From contig OZ024741.1 in the NCBI GenBank assembly GCA_964016885.1, forward strand, positions 294,004,001-294,068,000: a stretch of 64,000 bases of DNA, written 5' to 3'. Below are positions 38,820-50,421 of this stretch, in pieces. Position 1 is the stretch's first letter, and every line of letters starts with the position of its first letter. This stretch comes from Eledone cirrhosa. Its lineage: Eukaryota. The notes below the pieces were generated by a model. The model had not been told where the DNA came from. It made no database searches and saw only the letters and a list, made by a program, of their open reading frames with translations. The position numbers and the translations under genes are program-made.

Positions 38820-39235
38820 GGTGAAAACACCAAACTCACCTTTTTCAAATTAGTATTTGTGCCAATCCTTACATATTGTCCTGAATCTTAAGTAATGACC
38901 GAAAGAATAATTTTGTCAATACAAGCAGCTAAAATAGGGTTCCTCTAGAGGGTCTTTGGAGTAATGTTACTCAATAGAGTGTGTAGCTCGGAGATCAGAG
39001 AGCTGCTACTTCTTCGAATTGAGAGATCAAGGTTCCAAAATTACAGAATTGCTGGACAAATTTTATGGGCAAAACCAATTGGCAGAAGACCCAGGGGTAG
39101 ACCCCAAGCAAGATGGTTAGAGATTGGCTGGTTTTGTTTGGGGATCAATTGGAGATGGCTGCTTCTGACAGGACATGCTGAAAGGAGTATTTGCAGGTTC
39201 TGCTCTCAGGATGAAGAAGAACAACAACAACAATA
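38820..39235 (+). pseudogene. Old RTE (Expander-like) 3' remnant with (CAA)n tail
   Basis: FKLVFVPILTY...IQAAKIGFL...SSEIRE...LLLRIERS...GRRPRGRPQARW. Confidence 0.8.
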
Positions 39236-40037
39236 AAAGCTATGAGGGTTTATGTTTGGTAACATAAGCATGATTTTTCTTTTTTACCAAAGCCTCTGAT
39301 CAGCCCAAGCTTTGTAAATAAAATTAAGAAGACAGTAATTGTAGTGAATAGATTGTTCATGTAATTCAAAAGAACTGCCTTGACACATATTGTGCCATGC
39401 TGATTACACTTGAAATTTACATGAAGGATACATAGGTCTGTGGAATAATCAGTCACTTTGCATACTAAGGGCTGAAATACTTGCCTGAATGGGGTTTTTC
39501 TCTGAAGACCTTCTGCTGTCCAGCTCTCCTGAGAGTTTCTCCCCACCAATGAATAAGTTATTTGGTTAATTTAAAAATTGGCTGCTCACAAGCTGTTCTT
39601 AATGAGGGAGTCTATCATATATAATTATATTCATACCATCATCATTATCATCACGTTACATCTACCCTTCCATTTTTAAGATGGTAAATTGTGGTTTGAG
39701 AGAGATTTGCCTGCTCTTTCAAGTAAGCATTTTTTAATCATTCTTGTTGTTTATTAGTATCAGGTCTACCCTGATCCAGTAGACCAATTGCCAAATATTT
39801 TCCAGTCATAACTTTTCCTGCCTTTTATTCAGATAAATCTATACCTTATGCAATTTTTATCCCTCTTGTATTTATGGTGTTGACTTGGTAGAGTTGTTAA
39901 AATATCAGCTAGAATCCTTTGTAGTATTTATTCAAGCTGACTGTGTTTTGAATTTAAATCCCTTTGAAGTCAACTTTGCCTTTCATACTTTCAAGATTGA
40001 GGAATATAGTAACAGTCCTGTTTAGTATTGTGGTTGA

Positions 40038-40126
<89 letters not shown>

Positions 40127-40134
40127 TCTCCATC

Positions 40135-40178
<44 letters not shown>

Positions 40179-41660
40179 GGTTGAGTGGTGAGATTTGAGG
40201 AGGGTTTATCTCAGTGATGGACAAATGATTTGGAAAGTTGACTTTTTATATACACTTCACTTGTGTGTGTGTGTGTATGTCAGCATGAGTGAAAGACAAT
40301 AAAAAAAGAGAGAGCAGAAAGACAATTACTGAATATGGTTAAATTGTAATTAAAATCATTCTCTTGAATTACATACATTTCCAAGACGTAAAATTCTATT
40401 TTTATTTTTTAAGAAAAAAAGTTTACTTAATAAGATTTTCGATGACTAAGTTAAAAAGTTCAATTTGATAGATTTTCAATTTTAAAACAATTCATATACT
40501 AAAAGAAAAAAAAAATCATGTTGAATTAAGTAAAAAAATAAAATGACATCTAAAAAACATAAAAACACAAAAACTCCACACAGACAGCCATAGAACTATT
40601 AGAAATGGATTGTACAAACATGCAGTATTAACATTAAATGGTATAACATATATATTTGCTGTGTATTTTAATGTAATTGACTAGATGTGTAGCTGAATTA
40701 GTTGTAACTTTATTGCACATGATATTGCAGACTTTTTCAACTGCAGCATTGTGAATTTCTTTTCTGCCAATTTTTTCATTAGCACATCTCCTATTACACT
40801 GCAAGATGGAATTTCTATAAAGTGTCTCAATGTAATGTTTCATAAACATCATAGGAGCAAGTATGTGTAAAGTAAGAGGTTTAAGAAAATGAAAAAATTG
40901 TAAAGAGCAAAATCATTTTGAAAAAATGGTAGGAAAATATCGTAAAAAAACATTATAAACACACATAAAAAAGACATTGTTTCTTTTCATTCTGTGTGGT
41001 CACGTAGCAGGAAGAGAGATTCTTTGACGCTGTGTAATCTTAGTATGACATTAAAACGTGCCAATGCAATTAAGCCAGGGCCACTTGCAATAACTTCAAC
41101 TGTGGTTATATATATGCTGTTATAGTTGTGATGTTTATCAGATGGAACATCCTAAAATTGTTACATTCTACAAATAACTGCCTAAATACAAGAGCAGATT
41201 TCTTTTCTGCTGCCCACACATGTCCAATATATCCTTAAAAACTAGAAACATCCTGGCTAAGAAGCACTCACACTCATACTACAATCAACCCAACTTCCCA
41301 TACCTCCCCTCTACCTTAGAACACTTAGCTCCTTGAAACCCTTTACTATAGAGATGCTCTCTGATTAACATCCAGTAAGACACCTAAGGTGCCCTCTCCA
41401 CCTGTTCCTCTACCACTCCTATAGATCTCTACCTTATTGGATCTAACCCTAATCCTAATTTTCTTAACAACTCTTCTAATTGCCTATAAATAAGAAATAA
41501 GTTTAGCAGAAATAAGTTTGTTATTCTTTTATTCTGACAAAAAAGGGTTTCCTCCCCTTTCCAATATTTCTACACGCCTAACCACTAATAATTATTTCCC
41601 TTTTCTTTGGAACTTTGTTTATAAAAGGAGAATTGAAGAATTGTAACCATATAAAGATGG

Positions 41661-41718
41661 CTGAACTGAAGATCTGAGTGGATCCACATGTCTCACCCAG
41701 TGAAACACGTGTATTCAG
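41661..41718 (+). ncRNA. Type I minimal hammerhead ribozyme (predicted intact)
   Basis: ctgaa-CTGAAGA-t-ctgagtg...cacccag-t-GAAA-cacgtg-TA-ttcag, with 5-bp stem I and palindromic stem III. Predicted cut after 41713. AATAAA 41734-41739. Confidence 0.85.
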
Positions 41719-41781
41719 AAAATGTACTGATGTAATAAAGCAATTTATATCTCTCTCTCTCTCTATATATATATATATAAT

Positions 41782-41812
<31 letters not shown>

Positions 41813-41944
41813 AAGCCACCATTCTATCCAGTAACGTGGTAGTGCTGATGCCACAATAAAATGTTCACAGTACATGATTTAAAGTGGTTCGCTTTAGGAA
41901 GAGAACCATGCCACAGAATGCAAGTCAAAAAATGATAATAATAT

Positions 41945-42650
41945 GATAATAATAATAATGATAATAATGAAATTATTGTGTACAGTGCTCAGGTGCACTA
42001 CAACTCATCAAAGGTGCATGTATAGTACATAGAATAATGTACAAATGTCAGGGAATAGTGTATGAGTCATGATATACATGTGTGCGTGAGTATGGAAGGG
42101 GAGTATTAGGTGTAGTGTTGGCGAATCTCAGGAAGCATGAAGGTTTTAAAGGATGCAGTGTCTCGACAGCTAACAACTGATGCCGGGAGATTGTTCCATG
42201 CTTCAGCATCTCTGAGCGTGAAAAAATATTTCCAAAAGTGATGGGAGCTGTGCTGTTTTCTGACTTTGTTGGCATGCTCACTTGTGTTAGACACATGGAA
42301 ATAAAAAAGGTATTCAGGGTTGTTGTTGGCAAGATGGTTAATAATTTTGTGGATGTTTACCAAGTCAGTTGCCAGACATCGGAGCTTCAATGTATCCATG
42401 CCCAGGGAAGTAAGGCGTTCAGAATATGGTAGATGCCTGATGGAGGGTATTCGTTTGATTGCATATCTCTGAACCGTTCCCAGGCAGTCAATGTTCTGAG
42501 CAAGATCGGTGTTCCAGACTGGTGATGCAAATTCTAAGTGTGATCGCACCATAGCTATATACAGCTTTAAATAGATAGCTGGAGAGTGGCTGACAAAGGT
42601 CTTGCTGATTGATGCTAAGACACCCTTGGCCTTCTTGACAATTTTAGAGA
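41945..42650 (-). mobile_element. CR1-type LINE, 5'-truncated
   Basis: ORF 42106-42654 LYIAMVRSHLEFASPVWN...VQRYAIK...LPYSERL...WNNLP, with an (ATT)n tail. Confidence 0.92.
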
Positions 42651-43778
42651 CCATTTAATGTCCATTTTTCCATGTTAAAATGGGTTAGATGATTTGTCTC
42701 GTTGTGAAATATGTCAGATCAGATGATCATGTCTTGCTCATACAGAACTGGTTCTGGGTTGGTTTCTACAGCTGGATTCCCTTCCTAATATCAACCACAT
42801 TTACAGTGTGTACTGGGTGCTTTTTGCCATGTCACCAACACCACTTTACTGTGTGGGCTGGGTGCTTTTTATTGTGTCACTAATATGACCACTTTACAGT
42901 ATTGACTGGCACTTCATATATATATATATAATGATTTAAAATTGTCCCACCACTATATTTCAATATAAATTTACACTGTAATAATCATCTTCAAGTTAAC
43001 ACTATTTCAATGAATCAGTTCGATTTTTTTTAAAATTCTATATAATATTTCTGCATTTTTATTTATATTTTCTTCTTCCAATCATCTCCTATGTGTGGTA
43101 GGGGTGTATAGTAAGTACTTGGATATTGTATATAAATAGATCTATACATAGTAACCAACCAGCTGATCACAGTGTTATGAGAAACACCTGCTCAGAGAAA
43201 TCTATTTCTTCATGTAAACAACAATTTTCAACTCGTATTTATAGGCAAGTTCTACACATACACTTATTTATTTATTTATTTGATATTATCATTATTTTCT
43301 ATTATTGTATATATCTAGTTAGATACATAAACATATGTGAGTGTGTGTGTGTCTGTATGGTAGGACTGTGACCACCAATGCAATATGTGCCAGCATTGCT
43401 ATGATATATATATTTGACAAAATCTAAATCTATTTAACGTAACAATTATAAAAATATTTTTTTCAGACAGATTAAAGAAAAACATTGTCTTTAAATATAC
43501 CCCATGCTTTTCACTTTTACTTTTCATATATATGTGTGAGTATATATGTAGGTGTCTATATAGATATATTTATATGCATATGTATGTCTTTGTATATATA
43601 AATATGTATGCATATATTTATATATATATATATATATGTGTGCGTGTGTATTTATTTATATATATACATATACAAGCATACATATATATAAATATATGCA
43701 TATATATTTATACATATGCAGACACACACACATATATATATATATATCATTTTTTAATGTATATATATCTATATGTTA

Positions 43779-44092
43779 AGGTGCTTAGCTTAGTGGTTAC
43801 AGCGTTGAGCTGACAATCATAAGGTTCTGAGTTTGAATCTCTGACCAAGCATTGCATTGTGTTCTTGAGCAATACACTTTATTTCACATTACTCCTGTTC
43901 ACTCAGCTGTAGAAATGAGTTGCCGCATCACTGGTGTCAAGCTGTATCGCCCTTGGACAACATCAATGGTATGGAGAGGAGAGAATGGCACACATGGGCG
44001 ACTGATGATCGCCCACAAACAGACTTTGTCCAGACTTTTAGAGGAACTTTCTAAGTACAAAATTGTGTTCATTCATGACTGAAGGAGGCCTA
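43779..44092 (+). mobile_element. SINE family B head with a different 3' body
   Basis: gcttagtggttacagcg...ttgagcaatacactttatttcac...gctgtagaaatgagttg, then a non-RTE tail. Confidence 0.75.
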
Positions 44093-44392
44093 AAAGAATA
44101 TATATATATATTTATATATATAGATTTGTGTATGTATACATATTTATGTAATATATATACATGAAGCTGTGTAAAACTTGAATAACCTATATGTTGATTT
44201 AAACTTCATAGTTATCATGATTCTGTATGCCTAAGAAGCATACTTAAATATTCTTTTTCAGTTTTTATGATTTAAGTGTACAAATGGCAAATAGAGAGAT
44301 AGAGTTATGAACTTTCGGTGAATAACTTGTACTGTACCAAAAGATAGAATTTTGGACAAAGATCAGCTCCTGATAATCTCTAGATTAGAGTG

Positions 44393-44450
44393 AAAAGCAA
44401 AATATTTTTGTTGTCGTAAATGTTATAGCATCATTTAAGTTTATCGTAAA

Positions 44451-44488
<38 letters not shown>

Positions 44489-44545
44489 TTTACGATAAAC
44501 TTAAATGATGCTATAACATTTACGACAACAAAAATATTTTGCTTT

Positions 44546-44546
<1 letters not shown>
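44393..44546. repeat. Perfect 154-bp palindrome centred on (TA)n
   Basis: 61-bp arms 44393-44453 and 44486-44546. Confidence 0.95.
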
Positions 44547-44587
<41 letters not shown>

Positions 44588-44644
44588 TAGAGAGAGGGGG
44601 AGAGAGAGACATACACACATTAATATGCATTGTACATAAGCACA

Positions 44645-45012
44645 TACTCTTGGATTTCAAATAATCTCCCCCACTGCTTATCAGCTTTGGGATTTTTTAC
44701 ACCACCCTCGCTCAACCCTCGCTCTTATTCCACCCTCTCTTATTAAATTTTGCTAATCTATCTCTAGCAAAATTTTATTTTAAGTAATTGCATTCATGTA
44801 ATAATTTTCTTTAGACATTTAAAAAACATTATACATGACAAAAAAGTACAAGAAATCTCATATGTTATAAAATAAATAGGATGGTTTGGGATCTTAATAT
44901 GTAAACTAAATGCCTAATTCTGGTTTTAAAAAATTATTGATTTCGAAAAATTATTGATTTTCCACCACCCCTCTGCTTATTCCAACCCACTCCTATTATT
45001 TGGGACCCGAGG
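44645..45012 (-). mobile_element. MITE-like element homologous to 6462-6850
   Basis: Imperfect TIRs ctcttggatttcaaataat / attatttgggacccgag and a shared interior. Confidence 0.6.
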
Positions 45013-46509
45013 CTTCATACATGCATACACATTTCACTACCCCATTCCATACCAATCCACCTAATACTAGCTGTTTTGTCTAAACAGAGCTTATCACTAT
45101 TTTTACGGTAGTCACATAGGTAACTATCTATCTGATTAATTAACAGTGCATTTCACCTGACGTTTAACCAATGAATTCCTTTTATCACATAGACAATACT
45201 GCAATGCCATTATGCCAATCTTGTACAATACGAACATAGCATTCCTAATATTTTTGGCATGAATTCAAGAATATTCAAATACGCCAAGTGAAGTAGATTA
45301 ATACAAGTAGTGTTTATTTTAATTTTGGCCAGTGTTGGTTATTATCAGATTATGGCCAAGGTGTGGGGTTGTAGTGCAATGAAGATGGGGGATAGAGGTT
45401 GTAGTATAGTGATGGTGGAAGTGTGTGTATGGTGAGGTGAGGGAGGAATTGAAATTGAAAATAAATAATTAATTATATTCTTTGATTGATTGTGAGCTTC
45501 CTAATAAAGTTAGGAGGGAGAAATGGGTGTTGCAAAGTCATTTAATTTAAATTGAATTGTTTAATTTTATTTAACAAGATGTGAAGAAATATCACCAATT
45601 CTCTGTGACTTAGAATATTATTTTGAGAGATAAGGAGGCCATTTATAGATAACCTTGTTATTCTAGCCACAACAAACCATTATGTTGAACAAACAGATAT
45701 CAGGTTAAGGTGTTGAACTATTGATCGTTTGGTCAAGAATTTAAACCTTTGACCATTCGATACCAAATATTTCATTGGTAAAATGAAATACATAAATCTG
45801 TATGCTTTTTTTTTTTTTTTTAACTCTCAAATCCTCTTCACTGCAGTCATTAAGCCAGCTAGAAACAGCAGCCAGTTATATTCATCAAACTACATACGAC
45901 AAGCTTTAAAAAAATGGCCATTCATTAAATTGGTGAAGGATTGGATCCTCTGTTAGTTTCCATGTTGAGTATTCAATTGCTGAAGCAATTGAATATCTTA
46001 CTTGGTAACTTAACTTGTAAGTGGTTGAGTATCCCACAGACATGTGCTCGTAGGTCTACTCATTGGGGCTAGTCTGTGGATAAACAACATTACAAATGTC
46101 CATCAAACCAAATACTGCCCTTTTAAAACTAAGTACACATTGCATCCTATTTGATTAGGTCTGCTTGTTGAGGGCTAACTTACTTATCACTTTTGATACC
46201 AAGCTACCAGAAATAACCCCTGTTTCTATGATTCAAAGGCATTTATTTGAAAATATTTATACTTTTCTAAAAAAAATTTCATTATAATTTTATGTAAAAT
46301 TCTTTAAAACGAGAAAGTTGTATTTCTAAATCCCTCCAAATTTTTTTATCATTTTCAGATTTATTAGAAAATCATAGACAATGTCTTTCATTAGTAATAT
46401 GGTAATGAACCATCCATCATAATTTTTTAAAGTTTTTAAAGTCCCAAACACCAGCTTAATAATGGAAAAATTATATTACCATTTGAAAATCATATGGAGT
46501 GTCTTTCAT

Positions 46510-46945
46510 TAGAAATCATCATTACCATCATTTTTATGTCTGTTTTTCTATGCTTGCATATGTTCATCATCTCCTCTATGTCTCTCAGCAATTTGAGGTC
46601 AGCTCTCATCACTTCTGTCCAGGTCTTTCTTGGTCTGCTTCTACTGCCGTTTCTTCCCACTGGTATTTCCTGGCACTTCTTCACCTATCGATCATCATTC
46701 ATGCGCATCACATGTCCGTAGCAATGCAGTCTTCTTTCCTGCACACCACCTCGGATTCCTCTTAAACCCAGTTTCTCCTTCAGTTCATCCAAGCTCTGCC
46801 TTTCTCTCATATTTACATTGCACATCCAACAGAGCATGGATGCATGATTTCTCTCCAGTCTACAGGTCTTCTGCAGTCACTGCCCAGGTTTCACTACCAT
46901 ATAGCAATGCATTTCACACACAGGCATCATACAGTCATCCTAGAA
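46510..46945 (-). pseudogene. RTE LINE 3' fragment
   Basis: Same family as 16775-17175 (KKCQEIPVG...RPRKTWTEVMRADL). Confidence 0.85.
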
Positions 46946-47368
46946 ATATGCTGATGAAAGAGTTAAATCTCTTTCAAATTACATACTGCCATATAAAAAA
47001 AAAAAATGAAATTGTAAGTGTACAAAAAATGTGATAGGCATATTTGATTATAAGGATGCTTAATCAGGGTTGACATATGAGGTTAAACAACAAAATATAC
47101 AGTGTTTCTTTTTAAAACTATAAATTAAAAAAATATATTTAATATGAAATAAAATAAAATTCAAAAAATAAACAGTTAATTAAATCATTAACAATATTTA
47201 TTACCAATTTAAAATATATTATTTGTCTCTTATCTGATTAATTGAGTGTCATCTACAAAATGAGATTCTGTTTGTGTTTGTCTCTCTCATTTATAATAAA
47301 ATACACATACTCACTTACACATATAACCTCTCTTTTTCTTCTGCTCTATTTCTCTCATTTTCTTTAAA

Positions 47369-47401
<33 letters not shown>

Positions 47402-47507
47402 TACTGCTTCTCTTTTCTTCTTTTTCCCTCTCACATTCTCTCCATCTCTCACAGCCCCTCTATTTATTTTTCAAATCGCACTACATTTCTCTCCCTATCT
47501 CTATCTC

Positions 47508-47538
<31 letters not shown>

Positions 47539-50368
47539 GATAACTTAAGCTGTAAACCTCTTAGTAAATGGTTATTGCCTTCCTTAATAATTTGGGAGAT
47601 GAGCTTAACATTTTCTGAAACTTCAAAGAAGCATTTGCGTATTTGATCAACCTGCTAGAAATAGTAGCCATGCCATGTCTTTCTGAAACAATACTTGATC
47701 ACCGTTTTGTAAAAAAAGGGAAGAACACATTAGATGATCTAACCTTAGATAAAACTAGAAAAATAAGACGGCCATCGTTGGTATTTCTTTGATGATAGGA
47801 TTCAATCAATAGTTGACATGGGCACTAAACAACAATAACAATAAAGGAAGATAATGAGACACAGTATGGTACAGCATTGAAACAATATATGTGGTGGTTA
47901 GGATTGGGTCTAATCTTGCCAGTGCTTAATGTCTATTATGTTGTATTTTGTAGAGGGTGAGTCTTAGTTCAACCTGGGAACACAATAGATGTATTGTATT
48001 GTATTTTTTGTTGGATGGGTAGGTCTTGGATTGACCCATGTAATATTTGATAAATTGTGTTTTTGTGGGGTATATAATCCTTGATTTGACACTCATAGTA
48101 CTCGATGTGCTGCGTTTTTTTGTTGGGTGTAGGCCTTGCTTTGACACTCGTAGTATTTGATGTACTGTATCTTTTGTGGAGATGAGTTTTCAGTTAACAC
48201 TAATGCCACATGATGTGTATTGGATTGTGTGTGTGTTTGCTTCTGTTCATTTCGGTTTTTTTCTGGTGGGATTAATTTCAGTCTGGCCCAAGCAGCATTT
48301 GGTATGTATTGTGGGATATATATTCATCAGCTAAGGGAGCCATGGGGACACAATCTCTAGCATACCACCAAGTAAAGCATTTTTTAATAGTAAATTACTG
48401 ACTACTGTATACTAATTCATCCCCTAAAAACAGCCTGAATAGTTGGTATACTACTGGCAATATTTGGTGTACTGTATCTTTTGCTCTGCTTTCTCCAGTC
48501 TTTGCTTTTAGATAACAATTCATTATATTGTGATTTCTGCTTATAGCTTGGTTAGAAGCCTCTTTATCTCACTGTCATTATCAAAGAAAATTAGCTCATA
48601 AATATATATGTGTGTGAGTGTATGTATATGAATGTATGTATTTGCATTTGTATATATGTATTACACACACACATAATCTTGGAACTATGGACGGCAAAGG
48701 ATGATATATGCATGTGTGTGTGTATGTATTTGTATGTATGTATATATATATATATATGCGTGTGCATATATATATATAATCACTGTTTGTTTATTGTTAG
48801 TGGCAAAATCAACTTAAGACTTCCATTAATGTTTTTCCATTATCTCATTTATAAAACTAGATTTTCACTCGAAAATCTGAAAATGTGTTACTAAAAAAAA
48901 TCTCTTAGTTGAAAATAATTTATTTAAAATGTGTAAAATAATGAATCTTTTCTCATTGAGCTAAAATGTTTTGAAATATATATAATATATATATAAGTAT
49001 ATACATATATGTGTGTGTATGTATATAATTATATATGTGTGTGTGTGTATAGATATAGATAGATATGTATGTTCGTGTAGATTGTGGTGTATGTACCTGT
49101 AACTGCTGCTTGAATTGTAGGGGCACCATAGTGACAAACAGCACTTAAATCTGGTGGAGTCCATTTCCACTCCAGGTCTGAATACAAACGATTTCTTTAA
49201 TAAAAGGAAACCGGGTAGTGAGCAATTGAGAAAGAGATATAGAGGAAGAATCGACCCAGTATTTGACTGGTACTTTTTTTATCAACGTCAAAAGGATGAA
49301 AGGCGGGATTTCAACTCAAAGAAGAGAGAACCAGGAAAACTACTGCAAAGCATTCTAACTAACATTCTAATGATTCTGCCAATTCACTGCCTATGTGTGT
49401 AGACTAGATGGTACTAATTGAGACTAGTAAGGCCATTATTCAACTTAGTATTCCATACTTTAAGGAAAGTAGAGTGTAGATATAATTTTAAAGTACATAA
49501 ACTTAAGCCATTTCAATGGCACAACAATTTGACTATAGTGCTTACATATCTTATTATGGCTATACACACACACACGCACATGTGCTCAAAAGCCTATATA
49601 TAATACCTGTAATAGACACAAATGCCAAAACATAGACTTAGGCTTAAAACCTCTCACGTCTTGAGATGTATGAGGCAACCAAAGTGCTCCAGTGACAATA
49701 GTCAGTTGTATCTATCAATTCATTGTTCCAACTTTTATTGACAAAATACTGGTGATTTAGCAACTTTCTTCCTTATCTTCCAGTTTTTATTTGTTTATCC
49801 TACCATATATTTCCAAAGAAGGGTCTATGTCTAAAATGTCATGTAACTTTTTTATTTCTCTGAGCATTAAATTGATAACATACATATATCTAAAAAGAAA
49901 CTCATCTTGTGTTCATGATATATTCATTACAGTGATTCCTGTGTCTACTATATATATATAAACTACCAATAAAGATTCTAACTTCATTGTTTCAAAGAAG
50001 ACGGTATGATCAAACTGATATACTATGTCTGATAGTATACAGTTCTATAACTACTATAGATCAGTCAAGATATGATCAATCCATCGAAACGATCATAAAA
50101 CAACGAATAGGATATGTAAAATAACTTGTCTTTGTTATCATTGTTACAAAAACTATTATATATAATATATATATATATATGTTGTGATTTGTACACAGGA
50201 AAATTTATAGTGCAACCTTAAGTTTCATGGTTTGACAACCTTACATAAGTGCAATCAATTTGTGTCAGTCATTTCATATATATATTTTCATATTACCCAC
50301 TCTACTACCCCAAGTATCGAGTACTCTGGTGGGTTATGGTCTAGCTGGTTTTAACCACACCCTATCTG

Positions 50369-50420
<52 letters not shown>

Positions 50421-50421
<1 letters not shown>

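Noticed and set aside
41443-41460. Telomere-like ctaaccctaatcctaa
   Set aside because: Only about two imperfect units.
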